A stretch of 64,000 nucleotides of DNA from Vicugna vicugna. Its lineage: Eukaryota. Below are positions 12,201-23,300 of this stretch, in pieces (within the stretch, counting starts at the first letter, position 1; each line of letters opens with the position of its first letter). The notes beneath the pieces were generated by a model that saw nothing but the letters and a program-made list of their open reading frames with translations, did not search any database and was not told the DNA's origin. Made by a program: the position numbers and the translations under genes. The stretch spans positions 1,798,001 to 1,862,000 of the forward strand of contig MU058714.1 in the NCBI GenBank assembly GCA_013265495.1, in the 5' to 3' direction.

Positions 12201-14750
12201 TGCTGGCTGCCCCGGGTCCAGTCCTGCACTCCAGAAAGTGACAGCTCATGGTGGGTGTGGGGGACAGCAGCCCAGCTGCCCTTTTTGGCCGCTTGATTGG
12301 AAGAGTAACCATTTGCTGGGCGAGGCGGAGGGTGAGGCCGAGGACAGGAGGCCGCCATCTGTGGATGCAGAGGTCCCCAGTGCCCATGTCCAGCCTCCTT
12401 CCCAAGCCTGAGCCCCCTTGGTGCTGGTGCTGCCGCAAGCATTAAGGGCCTCACTTCACCCACTGCCTGGCCCAGGGCCCCAGCATCACCCTTAGCGGTC
12501 CACCGCAACCTGTGGCGGCCTCGTCAGCCTGAGCAGAGGGGTAGACCTTCCTTCCTGGTAATCATGGTGGTCTTCTGTGCTGTTTACCCCCTTTGTTTTC
12601 TGTTGGGAATCCCGAGACGCAAGCTGGTGGGCAGGGGGCTTCCGGCAGGTGCTGAGGGGGAACAGGGAGTCTGGGTTCAAGAGGAGCTGCCCAGAGGAGC
12701 CCTTCAAGGCTTCAGGCTCTGTGGCCCTGAGACAGCCCTGCTGGCTGGGTCTGGGTGAGGTCCTGTGAAATGGGGATGTGGCACCATGAGGGTGGCCCCA
12801 TTGCCTGGTGGGTTGGCTGAGCCAGGGTCTGGCCTCGCTGGCCACCCGGGGAAATCTGGGCCTTTGTCCTCCCTGTGCCCCTTCCTGCTCCCCAGCCACT
12901 GCCCTGCTGCAGTGCCTCCAGGGCTTGAGGGCAGCCCCTGCCCCAGACTTGGATCCTGAGCATCACAGTGGGGCCTTCAGAATATTCACTGGTCTTGGAA
13001 GCTTCCTCTTGTTGATGCCCCGGCCTGACTCCAAGCGCTGGGAGCTGAGGGCACAGAGGACGTAGTCGGCTGACAGTGGCAGCCCTTCTGCAGAGGACTG
13101 GGGCTCGCAGCCACGGCCTTCCTCGGGTGCAGGGGCAGGATCAGAGGCAGGTTACGACCCTGGGGGCTCTGGGGTCCTCCCTGCAGTCCTGAGTCTGCAC
13201 CACAGTCCTGTCCCTGGCCTGGGAGGCCTCCAGGGGGTCAGGGGTCATGTGATGTGTCCTTGTCCCACACCTGTACAGGTGCCACCACTCCCACGGGTGG
13301 GATCTCCGGAGGGGCGCTGTTCCCAGGCCCCCAGAAAGGGTGTGGGGACCCAGCGCCGGGAGGAGCTTCAGCTGGCTGACACTGGCTCTTCCTCACCAGG
13401 CAAGACCTGGTGCCGAGTCAGGGAACCCACATGTGGGCTCTTGAGTCTAGGGGGTGGATCAGGCTGGCATCTCTTGGCCTGGGACTCCAAGAGCCCCCAC
13501 TGCCCCATGCCAGGGCCAGTTGAGGGTCCCCCCAGGGCGCTCCTGTCCCTGTGGAGGCCCCCCTCTGCCTGCCACCCTCTCTGTTCTTTGGGCAACACAG
13601 GTGAGGTGGGGGGCAGCGGAGGAGTTCTGTGAGTGTCTGCATTGTCTCTGATCTCTGACCTCTTGCTTCCTGCTGAGGCTGGGGGCTTCCAGGCCTAGTT
13701 CCCGCGTTCAGAGTATTAACTTCACCCCGGAAAGCGGGCAGGAAGGAGGAGTGGGAGTTAAAATGCCAGAGCACACAGACCACAAGTGCTTCCTGTTCAG
13801 TAGGGGCTGGCCCCGGCAGGTCCCTGCGGTCCAGTGCCACCGCCTGGATCGCACAGTGGTTGGTGCCCGAGAAGGAACAGGCGAAGCTGGGCCGCGGGCT
13901 GTTCGGTGGGAAGGGCCTGGCGGGTGCAGCGCCCACGAGGCCACCCGTGGAGCGGGTGCAGCCCTCTCCACCACCCGCCCGCTGTGCCCGCCTGGTCCCT
14001 GAGCCCCTCTGCGCCCCCCGCAGGCTAACCTCTTTCCTGCTGCCCTCGTGCACTTCGGACCCGAGGAGCCGACAGGTGGGTGGGGGCCCCTTGCTCTGCC
14101 CACCGCCGCCGGCCAGCCCTGGGCTGCACGTTGCAGCTCGTCAGATGCCCCAGAGCAGCGGCCTTTAGGTCTGGGAGGGAGACCTCTGGCCCCGGATACC
14201 CCCGTACCCTACTCCCTGGGGGCTTCAGGGTGGGACAGTCACCTGTCCTGGCCATGCCCCCTCCTGGAGCCGAGCCGCAGGGAGGTGAGTAGGGCCAGCT
14301 CCTCAGTGGCCTGAGCCTTCTGCAGGCACCTACCTGGAACCCAGGCTGCTGGAACACACCATCTCCCCGTCTGCAGCTGACGCGCTGGTGGCCAGGTGAG
14401 TGCCCAGAGGAGTGGGGAGAACCCACTGCCGCAGTCCCCGCCATCCTATGCCAGCATCTTTGCCCTCAGGTGCATGTCCAGGACAGCCGGGACTCCACCA
14501 CCGCCGCCACCGCCGCCAGCCTCCGACCCTGTGCCCTCGGAGTCAGAGCCGACTGCTGAGGAAGGGGCCGTGGAGCCCCCCGAGCCCGGCCCCCGGATGG
14601 CCCAGTCTGCAAGGAGGGGTCTGGGCAAGGTGCCCAAGTGGCTAAAGCTGCCAGGTCCCGTGGGGGCAGCTGGGCGGGGAGAGGCTGCTGGGCGGGAGCC
14701 TGGAGCCCGAGGTCACCCTGTGCGTTTGCACTGCAGCCGGCAAGAGGTGA
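267..14750 (+). CDS. ASPSCR1: ASPSCR1 (TUG/UBXD9), 3' part; 5' exons lie left of the window
   Basis: Exons 267-340, 701-1118, 8964-9103, 9313-9394, 9695-9761, 10374-10436, 10903-10955, 14024-14075, 14326-14395, 14470-14654, 14737-14750; all GT-AG, phases consistent. Peptides TLQSLGLTGGSAIIR, PFVPFSGGGQRLGG, ELPDEFFEVTVDDVRRRLAQLKSERKRLEEAPL, VLRVLFPDR (UBX) and GKVPKWLKLPAGKR* match recalled TUG. Confidence 0.97.
2440..2830 (-). mobile_element. Ancient degenerate LINE-1 ORF2 fragment
   Basis: aggagttcctattcccaccgtcctgagaatttttctttat...gagatgaccccatgtcttcttcctccttcagtttgtttgtgtggtga resembles, from memory, antisense L1 ORF2 (gaagttcccttctattcctagtttgctgagagtttttatc...gagatgatcatgtggtttttt). 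Boundaries approximate. Confidence 0.6.
3553..4528. promoter_or_regulatory. Cluster of seven TCF/LEF consensus sites (CTTTGAW), candidate Wnt-responsive enhancer
   Basis: Matches at 3553-3559, 3734-3740 (rev), 3899-3905, 3997-4003, 4101-4107 (rev), 4475-4481, 4522-4528. Motifs are seen directly; function is inferred. Confidence 0.55.
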
Positions 14751-14812
14751 GCGCCGCCGGCCCAGAGGTGCCCAGTCTGCCGGCCACAGGACCCCTGCCC
14801 ACCCTGAGCGGG

Positions 14813-14818
14813 AATAAA
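14813..14818 (+). terminator. ASPSCR1 polyadenylation signal AATAAA
   Basis: AATAAA 63 nt after the TGA. Confidence 0.8.
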
Positions 14819-15968
14819 GTCGCGAGCTTCTCTCGAGACCCTCCTGTCGTCCTTCCCTGGAGAGGGCTCTTTCGTCCTCCGCCCTGCTCCCACCTCCCAG
14901 CCACGGGCCTCCAGCCGACCCTGGGGCTGGATGGGCCACATCCTGGCCGGGCTGGGCCCTGGGCCTCCTCGCTGGGGCCTTGGTCTCTTAATGGGCACAG
15001 GTGTTCTCCCCGAACCTTAGTTTTTACCTGACGTCATTAATTACGCACTGAGAACTCAGGAGAAGGACCTCCAGGCACAGCCTGCCTTGGCTGTGCCACA
15101 GGCGGCAGGAGCCGGGAGGCTGCAGCCCCCACCCAGCAGGGCGGGGCTGGCCTGGGGTTTCCCGGTGCCCCGCCCGCCCCACATCTGAGTGCACTTCAAA
15201 GTGTCCGTGGGGCACGGGCTCTGGCACTGGTCGCCAGCCTCTCCCCTCAGGTCTAATTACTTCCACATGCACCCAGAGCTTTGAAGCCCCAAGACTCCCT
15301 GCCGGGAGCGGGGAGAGGAAGGTGGGGGGCAGAGGCGGGGAAGGGGTGCAGGGGAAGCCAGCAGGACTAAATTAGGGAGGGAGGGCTTGCCCCGCCAACC
15401 ATGCCATCTTTGGGTGGGGACATGGCTCCTCAGGTGCCTGTGGCTGCAGGGAAGCCATTGTCCCTCCCCAGTAAACCAGGTCCTCTGACTCCGGGGTCGC
15501 TGGGCCCAGGGCCCTCTGGGTCCTCCTGGGCTCCAAGGAATCCAAGACTTTCAGAATTCACGGGAGGTGGATGCTGTGGCCTGCAGGTGGCCTGGCCAAG
15601 CAGGAGGAGGTCCCAGAGGGCAGCCAGGCTTTGCAGACCCAGCTTCTCGCAGGTCCCAGGCAGGTCCCAGGTAAGCGTGGCCGGGTCAACCTGCCTGGCC
15701 CTGGAGTTGCCCCGGGCCAGCGGTCCTTCCCAGGGGTGTGACCCCCAGCAGCCCTGCCCACACGTTCCTGGGCCTGCCTGCCGGCCAGCAGTAACACCCC
15801 ACGCCCACAGCCGCCCTGTGGCACAGGCACCATCCCGGGCGAGCAGCCACACGTGTGGGGCTCTGCGCGAGCGCCAGGCCCGTGCACGGCAGGATGCTCA
15901 CACGTGAAGCAACTCGACTTGGGGTGATTAATGGCAACAGGAGGCTGTGCCTGGGGAGGTGGCTTTGA

Positions 15969-15974
15969 TTTATT
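15969..15974 (-). terminator. CENPX polyadenylation signal
   Basis: TTTATT on + (AATAAA on -), about 490 nt past the stop. Confidence 0.7.
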
Positions 15975-16458
15975 GACGTTGCTTTGTGGGAACAAACTTA
16001 GAGTTCAGGGCAGCATCTTCTGGGAGGAACATCAAATGGCTTGAAGGTGACTTACGAACTTTGATGTCAGTGCAGAACCACGCACTTCCGTTTGTCTGCG
16101 GGGTACATATGGGCTAACTGCTTGGGCAACGGTCCCGCTCTTCCTGGCACCTGCTCCCCAAAGACCAAGTGCTTCTCAGCTGCCCCAGGAGGCGCAAGGG
16201 GAGGGCACCTGCCCAGGTTCCCCACTCAGGCCCCCATCCTGTCAGTGACCCCCCATCTGCTGTGTCCAGGCTGTCAGCAGCAGGGAGAGAGGACAATGGG
16301 GAAGGGCGGTGCGCTTGCTGGGACCTGGCCAGTCTTCGGAGCTGGAGAACCTGGAGGATCAGCAGCTCCCGCCCCGTCTGAAGCCAGAAGCCATGGAGAA
16401 CACGTGGACATGGGACTTGCTGGTGACTCGGACAGGCTGCCAGTGAGGGTGGACACCC

Positions 16459-19400
16459 CTAGAAGTCCAGAAGCTGTGGAGGGAGGGGCACTCAGGGCCT
16501 CGTGGGTGCGTGCCAGCTCATCCCCCACACCCCCTCCGCCAGGCCTTGTTGCCGGAGGCCCACCTACCAGCTGAGGCAGCACTTTCTCCAGCTGGTCCAC
16601 GTCCACGCAGCCCAGCTCCTCCGCCTGGGCCTGCCGCACGCTGCGGATGGCTGCTTCTACCGCAACACAGGAGGGAAGTAAGGCTGGGGGGCTGGAACCC
16701 CAAACCCCCCAGGCCTCAGTCCTGGTGGCTCCTCCACCCCTGTGCCAGCTGACAGCTCAGAAGACAGCCTGAGGCCACTGAAACACGGGGCTTTCCAGGG
16801 ACACAGCTTAGGTGCTCGTGGGAAAAATGGGAAAAATGTTTTGGTTTCTCCACAGAAACCAGAGGGATCATGAATGGTCTGCACAGGAGCGGGTGGGACA
16901 CCAGGGGCCGCTGCCAGGGCCCCTCTGCTCACCTACGACAAAGATCTTCAGGAGCTCCGCCGTGAGCTGCAGTGCGTCCCCACTGACTGCAAGGTGAAGG
17001 GGGTGTTAGGGGACATGCACCCCCTCCCTGCCCCACTTCTGACCTGGCTCGGCCCTGCTGGTGCCCTTCAGCCCCCTCCCCAGCACTCCCTGAGGCCCTG
17101 GCCCCTGCAGAGCTACAGAGGAGCCCCCGGGCCTGAACCCTTGGTCTTGTCCTCTTTAAAGTGCAGGTGCAGCAGCTTGCTCACGAGTTCCTGCGGGAAC
17201 GCAGTGGGCATCAGTGGGCCACTGCCCCCCACCCCGCCTCACCCCCGGCTGCTGCAGACCCCTTAGGCATTTAGTTCTGGATGGGATGGGGTTGTGATTT
17301 CCAGCTGGAAACGCTCTGACAGTGGGGCCTCTCCTGGGGTGGGGGGAAATCTCCAGAACCAGAAATTAGACGCGTGTGGCAGACAGGTGCCTGCCCGCTG
17401 TTTTCCGGGGCTCCAGCCCTCCTGGGATCCAGACCAGTCTGGTGCTCCTGCCCCCAGGAACCAGGTGCTCTCCCCACAGTGGCCTCTTTACAGGCCAGTC
17501 CATGCCACCAGCACTGCCTAGCTTTGCCAGACCCTGCTCCAGGCACTGGGTCAGCTCCATCCCAGGTCCCTCCCTGGAGCCTGCTGCGTGGGGAGTAAGG
17601 GAATCTTCCCGTAACAGAGAAGGGCATTGTGGGAGCCACAGAGCTGGGTAGGGGCCGGGCTCCTCCATCAGTGAGCAGTCAAGATGCGGGACAAGGGGGA
17701 TGGGACAAGGGGAGGTCAGGGCCAAGACTCCTCAAGGCGGAGGCTTGAGCCCTAAAGAATGCTGCCACTAAGCAGAAGTGGATTCTGGGTCCCAGCAATG
17801 CAGGCGCTCAGCTGGGGACATGTTGCATGAGGCGCCCAAGCAGAGTGGCCAGTGAGTGGCTGTGACTGAGAGAAGGTCGAAGTTGGGGGGTGAGGATCTG
17901 GGAGGTGGCCACACGTGGGTGGGCGAGGGAGGCTGCCCAGGACAGGAGGCGGCTAGAAGAGGTTGCAAATGAGCCGGCAGAGCAGAACGCCAGGGTGGCA
18001 GGAGGACACCAGCTGTGGGCACCCAGCAGCCCAGCAACAGGGTGTCATGCAGGGATGGTGAGCTGGGGACCCATCAGGCCTCTAGCCTTGGTCACAGGCA
18101 GTGGCATCCCTGGCCCAGTGCAGCTCAGTAGAGCTGAGAGCAGAGTAGAGTGTGCGAGGGAGCAGGGCTTGGGCTCGGGACGGTAAGAGCTTGCCACAGG
18201 TCACTTGGGGCAGTGGCTGCAGTGGCCTCACCCTCCCAGCAGTGACCTGTGAGCTTGGCGCCACCTGCTGGTCCTTGCTGTGTCCCTGAAAGGTACCAGA
18301 AAAGGCCCAGGGGGCTCTACTGCCCCACCTGCTCCCAGACCCTGAGGAAGAGCTAACTCAGCCAGGCTGCTGCACTGGGGGCAGTTGCATGAGCTTGTCG
18401 TGACAATTAAAGGAAGCAGCACCAGCTGGGAGAGGAGGTTCCATAAGCTTGCAGAGAGCAGGATGGGATGTGGGGTGCAGTCAGCCTTTGCCCCACTGCA
18501 TGGAGGTACCACGACCCCTCCCTCCCTGTCACCCTGGTCCAGGAGAGCCCTGAACCTGGGTGATGACCACAACCCCAGCTCGGGCCAAAGCCCTTGGGGT
18601 GGACTCCAGGGCTGCCCAGGACCGTGGGAAGGAGGCCCAGGCAAGTGCTCCCCTCTGCAGCCGTCATGGTGGGGGGCTCCTACAACCCCGCCAGTCACCC
18701 AGTCGCAGTGATTTTCCCTTTGACATCACTAACCCCTTTCAGACCAGGGCAGAGTAGTGATCCTGGGTGATAAGAGGAAAAACCCTCACTGGGGGCTGGC
18801 TGCACAAGGAAGTGCTCACAGGGGCTGTGACCCTCCCTCCCGCCCCAGGTCCACAAAGGCCTGATGGCAAGGGCTCAGGGCCTACTGACCTTAGAGCAGG
18901 GCAACAAAGTGAGACTCAGAGCCCACTCACAGCCTGCAGGGTATGGGAGCCAGCGGACCTCGCTACCCGCCTACCCAGAGACGCACCCGCCAGGTGCAGA
19001 GCAAAGGGGCAGACTCTGGAGGCGGATGGTCCCACTGGTAAGTGGAAGTAGTGGCTGAGCAGTTAAGTGGGCTAACCTATGTTAAGTGCGTGGAACAGTG
19101 CCTGCCTGTGCGAGGTGTGGAGCTAAGAAAAGCACTGGTGGAGCCAGACACCCCAGACGACACAGCCGGCCGGACTCGGGTGAAGCGCAAAGCACAGAGC
19201 GGGCGTGACAGGGAAGAGGCCAAAAGTAAGCTTTAGAGGACGCAGGGATGTGACTACCAGCGAGCTGGGCCGCTCTGTGCTAGAGCACCTAGGGAGTCCC
19301 CGGCATTTCCGCCGGCACTTGCAGACCCTCACCCTCTTGCCGCAGACCAGGCTGCCTACCAACGTTCTGCTACCCGGCCGCGAGACCCCATCCACGGAGG

Positions 19401-19659
19401 ATGAAGGGCGCGCGGGGTGGGGGTCGTGGCCGGATCCTGGGGAAGGGCCCACCCTAGAAGGCACCGGCCGGCAGCGCGGGGGCTGGCTCGGAACCCGCAC
19501 GTGGGTCACCCAGCCGGCGGGGCTGCGGAGTCCTCGCCAGACCCGCGCCAGCGCCGGTCCCCCGCCCTGCCCGGCGCCCCCAGCCCGCTCCCCTCGCCCG
19601 CTCCCCCGGCCCCGCGGGCCCTCTCTCACTTTCCGGAAGCCCGCGCCGGTTTCCTCCAT
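16459..19659 (-). CDS. CENPX: Centromere protein X (CENP-X/MHF2/STRA13), 79 aa
   Basis: Exons 19659-19630, 17190-17139, 16986-16933, 16656-16568, 16473-16459 = 240 nt: [79 protein letters not shown]. Confidence 0.96.
18900..19120 (+). mobile_element. Degenerate MIR SINE remnant
   Basis: ttaagtgggctaacctatgttaagtgcgtggaacagtgcctg resembles the MIR core (attaaatgagataatgcatgtaaagcgcttagcacagtgcctg). Boundaries approximate. Confidence 0.45.
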
Positions 19660-20340
19660 GACTGCGGCCAAGACGCGCGCCTTCCGAAGCCCCGCCCCTG
19701 CGCCTTCAGCCAATGAGCCCTGAGCGCGCCTTCCGGAGCCCCGCCCTCGCGCCTCCAGCCAAGTGGGCTCGCCGCGCGCGCCCGCTCGTTTGCCCTAATT
19801 GGGCCTCGGTGAGCCCCACTCCCCCGCAGGGCCTCCTGGGAGTCGTAGCTTCCGCCAGGCCTTCCCGGCTTTCCCTGCTCTTCCTGGATACCGAGGCGCG
19901 CCGCGGCCGCGAAGGCCCGTGGCGAGCGGGCGGGGGTCCACGGCGCGAGGGCTGAGGCTGAGGGCCTGGAGCCCAGGGGCGCGTGCGACGCCCGGACCAG
20001 CCCCGGGGCTGGAGGCTTTGACCCCGAAGACGCCCTCCTCCCCGGTCCCCGGCTCCAGCGGTCCCCCGACTGGGAATCACCCGCCCCCGTCCTCTTGGGG
20101 CCTCCGCCTGTAGAACCAACTCAGTTTGCTCCTCGTTCCTCGGCTGCTGAGGACTTAGGGTCCCTGTGCTCCGCACTGCGCTGCCGGAGGCTCTCTGGAG
20201 GCCCCCGGGGGAGAGGCCCTGCCCTACCGCCGACGGGCAGGAGCCCCGAGCAAGGGCCAGCAGTCTGCTCCCCCGGCTTCCGGCCCTAGCTGGTGAGCGT
20301 TCGGGGGAGGCCCTGCTGGCACTCCAGGGACATGGAGGAG
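19360..20340. promoter_or_regulatory. CpG-island bidirectional promoter CENPX/LRRC45
   Basis: Dense CpG; divergent ATGs at 19659 (-) and 20332 (+); GC boxes, CCAAT 19710-19714, ATTGG 19798-19802, ETS-like TTCCGG motifs. Confidence 0.85.
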
Positions 20341-23300
20341 CTCCGGCGCGCCTACAGCCGGCTGTGTAAGGAGAGCGGGGCCGAGCCGCAGGAGTGTGTC
20401 CTGCAGCAATTGCAGGAGCTGTCCCGGGGCCGGCTGGACCTGGCCACACAGAGCCTGACAGTGGACAGCTGCAGGGCCCTGGGCAAGCTGTTGCAGAAGG
20501 GGTCACTGCTGACCGAGCTCATCCTGAGTGACTGCATGCTGAGCGAGGAAGGTGGGCACCGCAGGGCTGGCAGAGGCCAGGGCAGCCCTTCCAACTTCAG
20601 AGTTGAGGCTGGAGTCGAGCCCCGTGCTTCAGGGCAGCCTTTCTGGCTCTGCCTCGCTGCTTGCTTGCTGCACACGCCCGGTCCTTAGTGCTTGGCAGCC
20701 TCCAGCAAGGAATTCTCTGTCCTCCCACCCCAACCCTTCCCCGAGGTTTCTCCCCTTTACTGTAGTTACAGCAAGCAGCAGCAGCATCTGCCCGTGAAAA
20801 CTGTGAGCAGAGGGCTGTTTCTCTGTAGGGTCCCTCCACTTAGAGTCCCAGCACGGGTCAGCAGGCTGACTCTGCTCTTGGCAGATTTTTTTTCCTGAAG
20901 TTTCATTTTACTTATTTTGATGGAGGTACTGGGGATTGAACCCAGGACCTCGTGCATGCTAGGCACACATTCTGCCACTGAGCTGTACCTACCCCCTCCG
21001 CAATGTGCCACAGTGAGTAAGGTGACCCATTTTTGCATGAACCCTGACTAATGGGGGCCACCGGGACGTCCTTCCCTGACGTTGGGGGAGCTGCCCCCAG
21101 ATGGAGCTACCAAGGGGGGGAGAGTGACTGCCCTGCTGTCTTCCAGGGGCCGCACTGCTGCTGCAGGGGCTGTGTGTCAACACCGTGGTGCGGTTTCTGG
21201 ATCTAAAGGTGGGTGGATTTGTGCTCAGGGGCGTGCCACCTGAGAAGAGGGTAGAGGAGATACAGGTGTCCTGGCAGCCAGGGGTCCAGATGGCAGCAGA
21301 GATCCCTTCTGTAAGCACTTGGCACACAGGCCCTGCACCGTTTTCTCATGGTCTCTTGCTTGGGGGCCAGTGTCTGGAGGGTGGGAATGTGAGTTCCAGA
21401 GCGTCCACACCAGGAGCCCTCCTGTGGTCAGGGAAAGCAGAACCTGACAGGGGCCACATCTGTCTAGAGCTCTCGTGGCCTTGCCCACTGCCTGACCATG
21501 GAGGTCAGAGCCCAGCCCGGGGTGGTGGGGAGTGACTGGCTGGCCTCTTCCTTTCCTAGGGCAATAACCTTCGAGCCACAGGGACCGAGGCACTGGGAAA
21601 ACTCCTCCGACAGAACAGGTCCATTCAGAGGTAGTGTGGGGGTCCCTGCCCTCGCTGCCCTCAACCACGGTTCTAGGTTGGCTCCAGAGAACGTGGTTCT
21701 GCAACATGAGAGAGCTCTCTCCTTCACTCCAGTCTTTTGTCTTTCCCACTTATGGGTGGGGAGTAGGTGGGAGCAGGCGGCTCCAGCCTGAAAGTGCCAG
21801 AGACCCCCAAGCTAGCACCCCTCCTCACCCCCTCGGAGCCTGTGGGAGCAGGATGCCCTCCAGTGCCATGACCTCACACCCCTGCTTCCCGCAGCCTCAC
21901 CCTGGAGTGGAACAGCCTGGGCACCTGGGAAGAAGCCTTCGCCACCTTCTGTGGGGCCCTGGCGGCCAACAGCGCCCTGCGGCAGCTGGACCTCCGCAAC
22001 AACCAGATCAGCCACAAGGGCGCCGAGGAGCTGGCCCTGGCCCTGAAGAGCAACGCCAGCCTTCAGCAGCTGGGTGAGGCCACCCGGCACTGCCCTCCCG
22101 GGTCCTCAGGCCCAGCCAGGCCGTCTGGGTCTTGGGGTGGGGGTGGGGGTTGCATCTCCTGCTCCTCGATCTGTGGCTGATCACAGGCAGCCCCGGCCCC
22201 ACAAAGGAAACGGCTTAGGCTGGCCTGGCCCTCCCACCCCCGCCAGGTGCTCTCTGTCCGGTGACAACAGCTTTCCTTTCAGACCTGCGCTGGAATCACA
22301 TCGGCCTCCTTGGTGGCCGCGCCCTGGTGAACTGTCTCCCCAGCAACAGAACCCTGTGGAGGCTGGAGCTGGCTGGGAACAGCATCCCCGGGGATGTCCT
22401 CAGAGCTGTGGGTATGGGCGTGCGGGCTGCTGGCAGCTTCCAGCACTTGGAGCAGGTCATGAGCGTGAAGCTGATCCCCTCTGACAGAGGCCTAGCCACC
22501 CAGGGTGGGCGGCTCAGCCAGAGTGCGTGAGCGCATCAGGACTGTAGCCCGTTAAAACCAGAGCGAGCGCTGACTGCCCGGCGCTGCTCCCGTCCTGACG
22601 CCGACAACTCACTCCCATGGCTCCTTGTCCTGCCAGCAGCGCCGGCCACCTGAGGGCCCAAGCTTGGGCTGGAATCTAGTGTGGGGTCACCCTGCTGCTG
22701 GGTCTGCCCAACACGTGGCCTCGCCCACTTGGTCCTTGGCCCTGCCTCCAGCTGTTGTCATTGCTTCTGGTCCCATGGCTGCTTCTGGCTGGCTCCTGTC
22801 CTGGATCTCTCTAGAACCCGAAACCTGAGCTCAGCAGTTACCTCTTGAAAGTCAGGCAGTGTGTCTTTGATATTTGGGGCAGAGCCCAAGTGCCCACCTC
22901 TTGTGGAAGTGGAGGAGCCTCCTCCACCGCTTCCTGTGCATCCCCCTGCCATGTGCCTCCCAAGCTCCTGGCCTCACCGTCACCCCCACCTCTGCTGAGC
23001 CCCTCATCTGCTAGTGCCCTGAGGGGTCTGTCTGACTTGTGGGGTGAGACACTGCCTTGCACGGGGCCTTCTGGGCATGGGGTTCGGCCGGCCGTCAGCC
23101 ACTCCCAAGGCTCAGCACCCCTGGTAGATGACTTGGCTTTTTCCAACAGAGCAGGCCATGGACCACAACCAGGACCGGCAGACCGCCTTCCGGGAGAACC
23201 AGGCCCGCACCCACGTGCTCAGCAAGGAGGTGCAGCACCTGCGGGAAGAGAAATCCAAGCAGGTGAGAGTGGCACCATCTCTGACCGCAGACGCCTGCCC

